Positions 8,744 through 18,261 of a DNA stretch of 64,000 nt are shown here, in pieces (positions within the stretch are counted from its first letter, which is position 1; each line of letters starts with the position of its first letter). The DNA is taken from assembly GCA_944363715.1 (NCBI GenBank), contig CALVUX010000007.1, positions 1,636 to 65,635 on the forward strand. Direction: 5' to 3'. The DNA is from an uncultured Bacilli bacterium. Its GTDB lineage: Bacteria; Bacillota_I; Bacilli_A; RF39; UBA660. The notes beneath the pieces were generated by a model. The model made no database searches, had not been told where the DNA came from, and saw nothing but the letters and a program-made list of their open reading frames with translations. The position numbers and the translations under genes are program-made.

Positions 8744-8860
8744 GATATCCTCCTACTTAATTCTAGCAGTGATAAATTATTTTGTAAATGTTAAACAAAA
8801 CAATTTATGTTTGTTTATGTAAAAAGATACTAATCTATGATAAGTAATATTTAAATATAT

Positions 8861-8885
8861 AATAAAAACAGGTTCGTCCTGTTTT
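8861..8885 (-). terminator. intrinsic terminator of def
   Basis: AAAACAGG-N5-CCTGTTTT hairpin overlapping the def stop, followed by a T-run on the - strand. Confidence 0.6.
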
Positions 8886-9432
8886 AAATTGGTCTATATT
8901 TATCACTATCTTTAAATGGATTTTTAGGATCAATATAATCTGTAAACATAACACCATTTAAATGATCTATTTCATGTTGAAAGGCAATAGCAAGTTCTTC
9001 TCTTGCTCTTATTCTAATCTTATTACCTTTAGTATCATATCCTTCTACAGTAACTCTAGCATATCTTGGAACAATACCATCAACTTCTCTGTTTACTGAT
9101 AAACATCCTTCTCCCATTTCTACATAAATCTTTTCACTTGAATTACTAATAATTTTAGGATTACAAATAATATAGGTATCAAACTCTTCTTCATCTACTT
9201 CATGAACAATTACCAAATATCTTTTAGGAATACCTAATTGAATTGCAGCCATACCCATACCAGGTCTTAAATTATATTTTTCTGATAACCTTTCTATTTG
9301 ACTATTAGTTAGATATTCTACCATTAAATCAATAGTCTTTAAGTCATCTTTACTTAAAGGAAAAGTAACATCTTTACTAACTAATCTTAATCTTTTGTCC
9401 TTTTCATCTAATATATCTTTATTTCTTAACAT
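8884..9432 (-). CDS. def: peptide deformylase
   Basis: All three deformylase motifs are present: GMAAIQLG, EGCLS and HEIDHLNG. Confidence 0.95.
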   Translation of the reverse strand: MLRNKDILDEKDKRLRLVSKDVTFPLSKDDLKTIDLMVEYLTNSQIERLSEKYNLRPGMGMAAIQLGIPKRYLVIVHEVDEEEFDTYIICNPKIISNSSEKIYVEMGEGCLSVNREVDGIVPRYARVTVEGYDTKGNKIRIRAREELAIAFQHEIDHLNGVMFTDYIDPKNPFKDSDKYRPI

Positions 9433-9471
9433 CTAAAATACCCCATTTCTTGCTATATTTTAACATAAAAA

Positions 9472-9498
9472 CAGAAAAAAAGAAAGGCTAACCTTTCT
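9472..9498 (-). terminator. intrinsic terminator of the YjcZ-like gene
   Basis: AGAAAGG-CTAA-CCTTTCT hairpin followed by a T-run on the - strand. Confidence 0.55.
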
Positions 9499-9677
9499 TA
9501 TCTTGTGAATCTAACACCAATTACAATAACTAATAATATAAATAAGACTAAAATTATAGCATAATTGTTATTGTTGTTATTCCAGCCCCAGCCACAATTG
9601 CAACTAGGGAAGAACCATTGATTACCGCATCCACAACTTGGGAATGAATTAAATGATCCACCACCATAATAATACAT
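9498..9677 (-). CDS. YjcZ-family small sporulation membrane protein (59 aa)
   Basis: MYYYGGG..., a Cys/Gly/Trp/Asn-rich stretch, then the C-terminal TM AIILVLFILLVIVIG typical of YjcZ-like proteins. An AGGAGG SD precedes the ATG at 9677, so the track ORF start at 9725 is probably too long. Confidence 0.65.
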   Translation of the reverse strand: MYYYGGGSFNSFPSCGCGNQWFFPSCNCGWGWNNNNNNYAIILVLFILLVIVIGVRFTR

Positions 9678-9817
9678 AGTTAAAAACCTCCTTTTTCTAA
9701 TATAAGATATGAAAAAATATGTCAAATTGTTAATGAAATTGACTATGTTGCTTTAAACTATTTAGAATTTGTGGTATCCTAAAGAAAAAGACTAAAGATA
9801 AGGAGGGTTAAAATTAG

Positions 9818-10957
9818 ATGACAAAATTTAAAGACATAATAAAAAATATAGATAAACCCTTATTTATTTTAACCTTAATTCTTTTTGTATTAGGACTTAT
9901 TATGATATTTTCTGCTAGTAATGTTACATCTTATATGAATGGGGGAAGTCCTTATGCTTATTTTTTTAGACAAGTATTATTTTTAATTGTAAGTTTTATC
10001 TTTTGTATATTTATGGTTAAATTTAATACTAAGTTTTATGGTATGATGTCAAATATTCTTTTGATAGCTTTTGTAGCAGTACTTATTCTATTACTTATTT
10101 ATGGTAAAGCGACAAACTATGCTGTTAGTTGGATTCCTATAGGTCCTTTTACTTTGCAACCTAGTGAATTTATTAAAGTAATTATGATTGTTTTTATGGC
10201 AAGATTTTATGAAGTACATGAGAAACGTTTAGATAATTTCTTTATAGCGATTATACCTTTAATAATAGGGGTAGTTATAACTTTCTTGATTATGTTACAA
10301 CCAGATTTAGGTACTGCTATTATATTTGCAGCACTTACAGGAATAGTATTTTTTTCCTCTCCTGTCTCTAAAGTTATTAAGTTTAAAGTCATCGCTCTTT
10401 TCTTTGGTATGTGTTTAGTAGTAGGTGCCGTACTTATTATGTCGGGAGGTAGTTTTTTACAAGCAAGACAGTTAGAAAGATTTAATTTTACAAGGCCTTG
10501 TGATAGACTCCTTGATACAGGTAACCAAGTATGTAATGGTTATATCGCTATTAATAATGGAGGACTTACGGGAATTGGCCTTGGAAATAGTACTCAGAAA
10601 TATTTATATTTACCATATCCATATACAGACTTTATCTTTGCAGTTGTAGTTGAAGAATTAGGCCTTATTGTTGGTATTGCTATCATCTTAGCATATATTT
10701 ATTTACTTTATAGAATATTAAAGATAGGAAGAGAAAGTTATACTAATAGAGGGGCTTTACTTTGTTATGGAGTAGCGGTTTATATCTTCCTACATGTTAT
10801 TGTAAATTTAATGGGATTGTTTGGACTAATGCCTATGACAGGAGTTCCATTACCTTTCTTAAGTTATGGAGGTAGTTTTACTTTGTGTTTAATGGTTTCC
10901 TTAGCGATAGTTCAACGTGTTAATATAGAAAATAGACTAAGAGATAAAAAAAGTTAA
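9818..10957 (+). CDS. SEDS family peptidoglycan polymerase (FtsW/RodA/SpoVE)
   Basis: About 10 TM segments, with GGLTGIGLGNS...QKYLYLPYPYTDFIFAVVVEELG and PLPFLSYGGS motifs. Confidence 0.9.
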   Translation: MTKFKDIIKNIDKPLFILTLILFVLGLIMIFSASNVTSYMNGGSPYAYFFRQVLFLIVSFIFCIFMVKFNTKFYGMMSNILLIAFVAVLILLLIYGKATNYAVSWIPIGPFTLQPSEFIKVIMIVFMARFYEVHEKRLDNFFIAIIPLIIGVVITFLIMLQPDLGTAIIFAALTGIVFFSSPVSKVIKFKVIALFFGMCLVVGAVLIMSGGSFLQARQLERFNFTRPCDRLLDTGNQVCNGYIAINNGGLTGIGLGNSTQKYLYLPYPYTDFIFAVVVEELGLIVGIAIILAYIYLLYRILKIGRESYTNRGALLCYGVAVYIFLHVIVNLMGLFGLMPMTGVPLPFLSYGGSFTLCLMVSLAIVQRVNIENRLRDKKS

Positions 10958-10965
10958 AAAAGTAT

Positions 10966-11070
10966 GAATTTTGTAAATTGACCCCCAAAATAAGGGTCAA
11001 TTTTGCATTTTCTACGGGCGAATTTACTAAATTCACCTCTAAAATTGGGGTGAATTTGCAAAATTTGCTT
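10966..11070 (+). repeat. duplicated ~50-nt hairpin element; the first copy probably terminates the SEDS gene
   Basis: Hairpins AAATTGACC..GGTCAATTT (10975-11003) and AAATTCACC..GGTGAATTT (11029-11057). They share flanks (GAATTT.TAAATT / TTTGCA) and carry a compensatory G:C to C:G swap. Confidence 0.6.
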
Positions 11071-11125
11071 TTTGCAATTATTTTCCTCTTCTGATAGTAT
11101 CGTAACTGGAAAGGAGGAATTAGAA

Positions 11126-11821
11126 ATGACTTTTACTTATCGTCATAAGAAAGAAATAATTCTCGTGTGTTTAGGACTTGTTTTGCTATTAGTCATAGGC
11201 TCTTTCTTTATCTATAAAAATTTTACTGCGGATGATAAAGAAGATGAAAATATTGTTTTAAATACAAAGAATGATACTAAAAAGGATGAAGAGGAGGAAG
11301 AAGAGGTTTACTATCAAGTAGATATTAAAGGAGAAGTTATTAATCCTGGAATATATACTGTTAAAGAGGAAAGTAGAGTTATTGATGTCATTAGATTAGC
11401 AGGTGATTTAACGGAAGTTGCCGACACTTCAGTTTTGAATCTTTCTAAGAAAGTTAAAGATGAGATGGTTATTATTGTCTATAGTTATGATGAAGTAGTA
11501 AATTTTACAGCAACTAAAGAAAAGGAAGAAATAGAACAAGAAGCTTGTTTAAGTCAAAATGGTATTCAAAACGATGCTTGCATTAAAGATAGTACTGATG
11601 ATACTAGTTCTAGTAGTGTAGTTATTAGTGGTAAATTATCACTTAATACTGCAACTCTTGATGAGTTAATGACACTTCCTGGTATTGGAGAGGCAAAAGC
11701 ACAAGCTATAATAGAGTATCGGGAAGAAGTAGGAGCATTTCAAAATATTGAAGAGTTAAAAGAAGTTAGTGGTATAGGAGATGCTATCTTTGATCAAATT
11801 AAGGAAAATATTACTATTTAA
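11126..11821 (+). CDS. comEA: competence protein ComEA (SLBB + helix-hairpin-helix DNA receptor)
   Basis: N-terminal TM, an SLBB-like region (VDIKGEVINPGIYTV) and a C-terminal HhH (LPGIGEAKAQAIIEYRE...VSGIG). A GGAGG SD precedes the ATG at 11126. Confidence 0.85.
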   Translation: MTFTYRHKKEIILVCLGLVLLLVIGSFFIYKNFTADDKEDENIVLNTKNDTKKDEEEEEEVYYQVDIKGEVINPGIYTVKEESRVIDVIRLAGDLTEVADTSVLNLSKKVKDEMVIIVYSYDEVVNFTATKEKEEIEQEACLSQNGIQNDACIKDSTDDTSSSSVVISGKLSLNTATLDELMTLPGIGEAKAQAIIEYREEVGAFQNIEELKEVSGIGDAIFDQIKENITI

Positions 11822-13862
11822 ATCTATTTATATTACGTTATTTATTATTAGTTTAATTTATCTTGTTATTTATATAAATATAGATTTTACTTCTTCATTT
11901 GAAGGGAGTGAAACTAAAATAGATGGAGAAGTTTTATCTATAAAATATCAAGGTAATAAAATGACACTGACACTTAAAACTAAAGAAAAACTTATCGCCA
12001 CTTATTACTTCGATACCGAAGAAGAATTAAATAAAACAAAAAAAGAACTTTCATTAGGTGATACTCTCACTTTAGAAGGAGAGTTAAAAAGACCCATTTC
12101 TAGTCAAAATTTTTATGGTTTTTCCTATCCTACCTACCTAAAATACCAAAAGATTTTTTATATAATGAAAGTATCTGATTTTTCTATTAAAACCAAGAAT
12201 AGTAATATTTTAAATAGTATTAGAAATACTGTTAGAAGTAGTATAGCAGATAATAAAGTAGGAAGTTATATAAAAGTCTTCTTCTTAGGAGATGATACTT
12301 CCTTTGATACTACTTTAGAAGAAGATTTCAGAAAACTTGGAATCTCTCATCTTTTCGCTCTATCAGGAACACAAATAAGCTTTCTTATTTCAATCATTTC
12401 CTTTCGTAAGAAAAATTTTAATTTAAAAAATTTAATCTTTGTGTTCTCTATCGTACTCAGTTATTATTTAATAATAGAAGATTGTGCAGCGATTGATAGA
12501 GCTTTGATTTTTAGTTTAGTATTTTCTATTAATAATACTTTTAACTTCAATATAAGACCTCTTTTCTTAATTCTATTATCTTTAAGTATTCTTTTCTTAA
12601 TAAATCCCTATTACATATTCGATGTAGGTTTCCAGTACTCTACAGTTATAAGTTGTACTTTAATACTATACATGAATAATAAGAAAAGTAAAGGAAAGAT
12701 AATAGATTTATTAGAGGTATCATGGGTAAGCTTCTTAGTTAGTTTACCCATTTCTTTATATCATTTTTCTTATATTAATCCTCTTAGCATACTTTATAAT
12801 CTTTTCTATGTTCCGTTTATCAATGTAATAATATTTCCTTTATCGATTATATGTTTTTTTATAGCTCATTTATCGTTTATCTTAGAGTTTTTTATAAATA
12901 TATTTGAAGGAAGTGTATTATTTTTATCTCGCCTTAATATAGGCTATATTACTCTAGCAAGGTTCAATCTAGTTTATTATTTATTATACTTTGTACTTAT
13001 ATTTAGTTATTTATTCTTAAAGATAAAAAAGAAACTATTTTTATTCTTAATATTACTAATGGTAGTAGTCCATTACTCTTATCCTAAAGTATTTCCAAAA
13101 GATGCTTTATATATGATTGATGTAGGGCAAGGAGATTCGTTTTTACTAACATCTAATAATAAGACTATGTTAATAGATACAGGAGGTGTTATGAATTATT
13201 ATCAAGAGGAGTGGATGCAGTATGAAAAGAATAGTCAGGGTAAATATTTAGTTATATTTCTAAATCAGTTAGGCATAACTAAATTAGACTACTTAGTCCT
13301 AACTCATGGAGATTATGATCATGTTGGAGAAACATTAACTATAATGGATGAGATAGATGTAGAAACTGTTTTCTTTAATGGTAATGACTTAAACTCTTTA
13401 GAGAAAAATATATGGAATAATTCTCTTAGTCATTATAAATTAAGAGAAGGAGATAGTTTCAGTTTAGGTAATTTTAATTTTTTAGTTATCTCTAATACTT
13501 ATTCTGATGAAAATGATAGTAGTTTAGTTTTATATAGTACTATTGATGATAAGAAGTTATTATTTATGGGAGATGCTAGTATTAAAAGTGAAGAATATAT
13601 ATTAGATAACTATAATCTTGATGATATTACTATATTAAAAGTAGGTCACCATGGTTCTAGAACTAGTAGTAGTGAAGAGTTTATAAGAACAATTAATCCT
13701 ACTTATGCATTAATCTCTGCAGGAGTTAATAACAAATTTAATCATCCTCATGTAGAAGTAGTGGAAAGGCTAGAAGAAAATGGCTCAATTATCTTTAATA
13801 CCGGGATAAATGGCATGGTTATGTTTGACTTTACTAATAATAAAATAAAAACTTATAATTAA
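11781..13862 (+). CDS. comEC: DNA internalization competence protein ComEC/Rec2
   Basis: Polytopic competence domain plus a C-terminal metallo-beta-lactamase domain (VLTHGDYDHVGE, VGHHGS). The exact start is uncertain because it overlaps the comEA 3' end. Confidence 0.85.
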   Translation: MLSLIKLRKILLFKSIYITLFIISLIYLVIYINIDFTSSFEGSETKIDGEVLSIKYQGNKMTLTLKTKEKLIATYYFDTEEELNKTKKELSLGDTLTLEGELKRPISSQNFYGFSYPTYLKYQKIFYIMKVSDFSIKTKNSNILNSIRNTVRSSIADNKVGSYIKVFFLGDDTSFDTTLEEDFRKLGISHLFALSGTQISFLISIISFRKKNFNLKNLIFVFSIVLSYYLIIEDCAAIDRALIFSLVFSINNTFNFNIRPLFLILLSLSILFLINPYYIFDVGFQYSTVISCTLILYMNNKKSKGKIIDLLEVSWVSFLVSLPISLYHFSYINPLSILYNLFYVPFINVIIFPLSIICFFIAHLSFILEFFINIFEGSVLFLSRLNIGYITLARFNLVYYLLYFVLIFSYLFLKIKKKLFLFLILLMVVVHYSYPKVFPKDALYMIDVGQGDSFLLTSNNKTMLIDTGGVMNYYQEEWMQYEKNSQGKYLVIFLNQLGITKLDYLVLTHGDYDHVGETLTIMDEIDVETVFFNGNDLNSLEKNIWNNSLSHYKLREGDSFSLGNFNFLVISNTYSDENDSSLVLYSTIDDKKLLFMGDASIKSEEYILDNYNLDDITILKVGHHGSRTSSSEEFIRTINPTYALISAGVNNKFNHPHVEVVERLEENGSIIFNTGINGMVMFDFTNNKIKTYN

Positions 13863-13868
13863 AAAAGT

Positions 13869-13896
13869 TTGACAAGTTTCTAATTTGTAGTAAAAT
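13869..13896 (+). promoter_or_regulatory. sigma-A type promoter (TTGACA-N16-TAAAAT) of the thrS leader
   Basis: Consensus -35 TTGACA at 13869-13874 and -10 TAAAAT at 13891-13896. Confidence 0.55.
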
Positions 13897-13904
13897 AATA
13901 GTTG

Positions 13905-14113
13905 TAAATACGTTATTAGTTAGGGACTTGGTAAAAGAATCCTTTTAATCTTAGAGACTTAACGGTTGGTGAAAGTTAAGAAAAGCTCTTTTATTACTAC
14001 CTTAACGAGTAGAGTTATGCAAAGTAATTCCGGTTAACACCGTTATCTAAATTAAGTTAAAAAAGGATGGTATCGTGTAGTGTAGGGCACTCCTAGTGAT
14101 ATCATCCTTTTTA
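13905..14113 (+). promoter_or_regulatory. T-box riboswitch leader, Thr specifier (ACU/ACC)
   Basis: AGAGA and GGTTGGTGAAAG stem I elements, with ACUACC in the specifier region (13996-14001). The T-box sequence AAGGATGGTATCGTG is near 14063-14077. A terminator AAGGATGGTATC/GATATCATCCTT is followed by TTTTT. Confidence 0.75.
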
Positions 14114-14138
14114 TTATATAAAGATAAGGAGAAAAATT

Positions 14139-14633
14139 ATGGGTAAGAAGAAGGGCTACTATAAGAGTTCGAAAGAATGCGAAAATATTCACGTATTTAT
14201 GGAAAGCTGGTATGGAGTTAAGAGTCATCATCGTAAAAGAACAAGATTTCATCATAATGATATGCCAATATATTTAATGAATAGAGGAGTTACACCTCCT
14301 ACAGCTGTTTCATTAGATATAGCATCTAAAGATGATTCTGATAAATATATCTATGTTAGAGATGACGATAATAATATCAGATGTTATAGTAATTGTTTAG
14401 CACTTAATAAAAATGCTATTTTAAGTAGTAATTTAAGTGCTAATGAAAGAGAGAAAAGAAGAAAAGAAATACTTAAAAGTTTAGGTTATGGCTATGATGA
14501 AGTAACTGGTGAGGTAGAGTTATTAGAAGAGTTAGAAGAAGAAATGTATTTTGATGAATTAGTACCTACTGAAAAAGTTAATAGACAAAAAACTATAAGT
14601 AAAAGAAGTTATTATTATGGAAGGAGAAGATAA
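14139..14633 (+). CDS. hypothetical basic protein (164 aa), first gene behind the Thr T-box
   Basis: AAGGAG SD before the ATG. The stop lies 2 nt before the thrS ATG. The termini are K/R-rich and I recognise no domain. Confidence 0.55.
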   Translation: MGKKKGYYKSSKECENIHVFMESWYGVKSHHRKRTRFHHNDMPIYLMNRGVTPPTAVSLDIASKDDSDKYIYVRDDDNNIRCYSNCLALNKNAILSSNLSANEREKRRKEILKSLGYGYDEVTGEVELLEELEEEMYFDELVPTEKVNRQKTISKRSYYYGRRR

Positions 14634-14635
14634 AT

Positions 14636-16372
14636 ATGATAAATATTAAAGAAAGTGAAAAATTAATGCCACTTAATCATTCTTGTGCGCATTTACTAGC
14701 AGAGGCAGTTAAGAAATTATACCCAGAAGCTAAATTTTGGGTAGGACCTGTAATAGAAGATGGTTTCTATTATGATATTGATTTAGGAGATAAGACTCTT
14801 ACTGATGATGATTTACCAGTAATAGAAAAAGAAATGAAAAAAATTGCTAAAGGCAATAAAAAAATCATTCGTCATGAGTTAACTAGAGAAGAAGCACTTG
14901 ATAAATTTAAAGATGACCCTTATAAAATAGATTTAATTAATAATATGAGTGATGATGAAGTAATTACATGCTATACTCAAGGAGACTTTACTGATCTTTG
15001 TCGTGGACCTCATGTAGAATCTACTAAAGAGTTAAGACACTTTAAATTACTTAGAGTAAGTGGTGCATACTTTAAAGGAGACTCTAAAAATAAAATGTTA
15101 CAACGTATTTATGGAGTTTGTTATGAGACTGAAGAAGATTTAAATAAACATTTAGAGTTTTTAGAAGAAGCGAAAAGACGTGATCATAAAAAATTAGGTA
15201 AAGAATTAGGTTTGTTTATGATTAGTGAATATGGGCCAGGATTTCCTTTCTTTTTACCTAATGGTATGATTTTAAGAAATATTTTGGAAAACTTTTGGTA
15301 TGAAGAACATACTAAAGAGGGCTATGAATTTATTAAAACTCCTATTATGTTAAATCAAGAATTATGGGAAAAATCTGGACATTGGGCTAATTATAGAGAA
15401 AATATGTATACATCAGAAATAGATGATAGAACTTTTGCTATTAAGCCTATGAATTGTCCTGGTGGTATGCTAGTTTATAAAAACTCCCTACATTCATATA
15501 AAGATTTACCAATAAGATGTGGTGAATTAGGTCAAGTTCATCGTCATGAAGCAAGTGGCGCTTTAAATGGTTTATTTAGAGTTCGTACTTTTACTCAAGA
15601 TGATGCTCATATCTTTATGAGAGAAGATCAAATAGAAAGTGAAATAATTAGATTAATTAACTTTATAGATAGAATTTACAGCTTATTTAATCTTTCTTAT
15701 GATATAGAATTATCAACAAGACCAGAAGATAAATTTATTGGTAGTATTGAGTCTTGGAACAGGTCAGAAGCTATTTTACAAAATGCTTGTAAACAAGCAG
15801 GCCATGATTGTAAGATAAATCCTGGAGATGGAGCATTCTATGGACCAAAACTTGATTTTCATATTAAAGATTCACTAGGTAGAGTATGGCAATGTGGTAC
15901 AATTCAGTTAGATAATAACTTACCAGAAAGATTTGATTTAACATATATAGATAAAGATGGTTCTAAGAAAAGACCAATTATGTTACATCGTGTTATCTTT
16001 GGTTCAATTGAAAGATTTATCGGAATTTTAATAGAACACTTTGCAGGACTTTTCCCACTTTGGTTAGCACCTGTTCAAGCAGTAGTTATACCAGTATCTA
16101 GTGAATATCAAGGAGAGTATGCAAGTAAAGTATATGAAGAGTTAAAAAATAATGGTATTAGAGTAGAATTAGATAATCGTAATGAAAAACTTGGTTATAG
16201 ATTAAGAGAAGCTCAAACTAGAAAGATTAACTACACACTAATACTTGGAGATAAAGAAAAGACTGATAATACAATAAGTTATAGAAGACATGGAGAAAAA
16301 GATACTACTACAGTAAGTATAGATGAGTTCATTAGTTTACTTAAAGATGAAATATCTACTAAGAAAATATAA
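14636..16372 (+). CDS. thrS: threonine--tRNA ligase (short form lacking the N-terminal TGS domain)
   Basis: The protein starts at the editing domain (HSCAHLLA). Class II core motifs FRVRTFTQDDAHIF and GTIQLD are present, followed by an anticodon-binding domain. Confidence 0.92.
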   Translation: MINIKESEKLMPLNHSCAHLLAEAVKKLYPEAKFWVGPVIEDGFYYDIDLGDKTLTDDDLPVIEKEMKKIAKGNKKIIRHELTREEALDKFKDDPYKIDLINNMSDDEVITCYTQGDFTDLCRGPHVESTKELRHFKLLRVSGAYFKGDSKNKMLQRIYGVCYETEEDLNKHLEFLEEAKRRDHKKLGKELGLFMISEYGPGFPFFLPNGMILRNILENFWYEEHTKEGYEFIKTPIMLNQELWEKSGHWANYRENMYTSEIDDRTFAIKPMNCPGGMLVYKNSLHSYKDLPIRCGELGQVHRHEASGALNGLFRVRTFTQDDAHIFMREDQIESEIIRLINFIDRIYSLFNLSYDIELSTRPEDKFIGSIESWNRSEAILQNACKQAGHDCKINPGDGAFYGPKLDFHIKDSLGRVWQCGTIQLDNNLPERFDLTYIDKDGSKKRPIMLHRVIFGSIERFIGILIEHFAGLFPLWLAPVQAVVIPVSSEYQGEYASKVYEELKNNGIRVELDNRNEKLGYRLREAQTRKINYTLILGDKEKTDNTISYRRHGEKDTTTVSIDEFISLLKDEISTKKI

Positions 16373-16373
16373 T

Positions 16374-16428
16374 AAAAAAGATAGCTAGTCCTATAAATAA
16401 AATATAGGTCCATTGCTATCTTTTTTTT
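16374..16428. terminator. bidirectional terminator between thrS and the convergent gene
   Basis: An A-run, a bipartite hairpin (GATAGC..CCTATA / TATAGG..GCTATC), then T8. Confidence 0.6.
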
Positions 16429-16693
16429 GTTCTTCATAACTTACGTTATTGCTATAATTATTGTCATTTACTACTTCATTTCTTTCCTCATCATCGCTAC
16501 TATTTATAGCAGAAGCTACTCGAAAAAGAGTCCTTGCATTGGTTAATAATGGTCTTACTTGGTAGACAATTGGTATCGCTTGATTAATTATTCCAAGAGT
16601 CCTTTGAGTATTATTTAAAATATTGTTCCAATTAATTCCTCTTTTTGGCATATAGTTATAATTAGGATAACCCATATTATACTCGTTGTACAT
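16391..16693 (-). CDS. hypothetical N/Y-rich small protein (possibly YqfQ/VrrA-like)
   Basis: Intact 100-aa ORF. The central LGIINQAIPIVYQVRPLLTNARTLFRV segment resembles YqfQ-like proteins, but the family assignment is weak. Confidence 0.45.
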   Translation of the reverse strand: MYNEYNMGYPNYNYMPKRGINWNNILNNTQRTLGIINQAIPIVYQVRPLLTNARTLFRVASAINSSDDEERNEVVNDNNYSNNVSYEEQKKDSNGPIFYL

Positions 16694-16798
16694 AAAAACA
16701 CTACCTTTCCCTTTACTTTAATATATGATTAATTTTTCCTACTTGTGAATATAAAAATAGAGTGTTATAATTATCTTAGAATAGAAAGGAGAAAGTAT

Positions 16799-18253
16799 AT
16801 GGAAATAGTTGCAATGCCTTTTATCTTTATATATCATGTAGTCCATTACATTTTGCTTTCTCCTAAACGCATATTGAATTATGCATATACAGGAGTTTTA
16901 TCAGTTGTTGATAAACTTAGTAGAGGTAAGGTTAGTAAAAGAAGAGAAGAAAAGGCTAAAGAAGATTCAGCTATTTTAGAAGTAGAATCTATGATGAATG
17001 CTAGTAAGATTGCTTCTAAAGAAAAATTAATTATTGATAAAGAACCAATGATTTCTTTCCGCTATAAAATAAAAGGTAGCAATGGCAAGATAATTAATGG
17101 TACTTTTGAAGGACCTAGTGTTGATGAGGTTAGGATGTTTTTACAAAATGAGGGTTATGAAGTATTAGAAGTCGTTCCTCGTAAATTTTATGATATTGAT
17201 GTTAATATAGGAGGAAAGTTTAAAGCTGCTGATCTTTCTTTTTCACTTACTCAGTTATCTACTTATTTAAAAGCAGGTATTGCTTTAATAGATTCAGTTA
17301 GAATATTAGAAAAACAAAGTGAAAAGCCAGAGCAAAGGAAAGTCTATCAAAAAGTTGTTTATGAATTATTAAAAGGACAAGATTTATCTGTTGCTATGGA
17401 AAAGCAAGGAGATAAGTTTCCGACACTTTTAGTTAATATGATTAAAACAGCAGAACTTACTGGGGATTTAACTTCTGTTCTAGATGACATGGCTGATTAT
17501 TATACATCTAAAGAAGAAACTAGAAAACAGATGGTTTCAGCGATGACATATCCTGTTATAGTTCTATGTATTGCGATTGGTGTAATTATCTTTATTTTAG
17601 TTAGTATTGTCCCTAAATTTGTAGATATGTATGAAGATAATGATGCAGAAATACCTGCTATTACAACTTTTGTCATGAATGCTAGTGATTTTATTGTCAA
17701 TAATTATATCTTTATAATTATTGGAGTAGGTATTATTGTAGGTTTATTTGTATATCTATATAAGAAGAATAAAAGTTTTAGAAAAAATGTCCAATTAGTT
17801 CTTATGCATATACCTGTTTTTAGTCAAATTATTATTTACAACGAAGTATACAATTTTACTAAAACGTTTGCATCGCTTTTAAATCATGGAGTTTTTATTA
17901 CTGATAGTATGGAAGTATTATCGAAAATAACTAATAATGAAGTATATAAAGAATTGATTGCCAAGACTATTATTAATCTTAATAAAGGTGCTAATATATC
18001 AGAGTCATTTAAAGGAAGTTGGGCTTTTCCTGTTGCAGCCTATGAGATGATTGTAACAGGTGAGAAAACAGGACAACTTGGATTAATGATGGAGAAAGTT
18101 GCTAACTACTATCAAGTATTACATAAAACTATAGTTAAACAAATGCAAAGTTTTATAGAACCTTTAATGATTGCGTTTTTAGCTTTGATTGTTGGTACTA
18201 TTCTATTATCAATAGTTGTTCCAATGTTTGATATTTATGGAAAGATTCAGTAG
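16799..18253 (+). CDS. pilC: type IV pilus / competence pseudopilus platform protein (GspF/PilC/ComGB family)
   Basis: Two T2SS-F repeats (LSTYLKAGIALIDSVRIL and FASLLNHGVFITDSMEVL) and 3 TM segments. An AAGGAG SD precedes the ATG at 16799. Confidence 0.85.
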   Translation: MEIVAMPFIFIYHVVHYILLSPKRILNYAYTGVLSVVDKLSRGKVSKRREEKAKEDSAILEVESMMNASKIASKEKLIIDKEPMISFRYKIKGSNGKIINGTFEGPSVDEVRMFLQNEGYEVLEVVPRKFYDIDVNIGGKFKAADLSFSLTQLSTYLKAGIALIDSVRILEKQSEKPEQRKVYQKVVYELLKGQDLSVAMEKQGDKFPTLLVNMIKTAELTGDLTSVLDDMADYYTSKEETRKQMVSAMTYPVIVLCIAIGVIIFILVSIVPKFVDMYEDNDAEIPAITTFVMNASDFIVNNYIFIIIGVGIIVGLFVYLYKKNKSFRKNVQLVLMHIPVFSQIIIYNEVYNFTKTFASLLNHGVFITDSMEVLSKITNNEVYKELIAKTIINLNKGANISESFKGSWAFPVAAYEMIVTGEKTGQLGLMMEKVANYYQVLHKTIVKQMQSFIEPLMIAFLALIVGTILLSIVVPMFDIYGKIQ

Positions 18254-18261
18254 GTGAAGTT

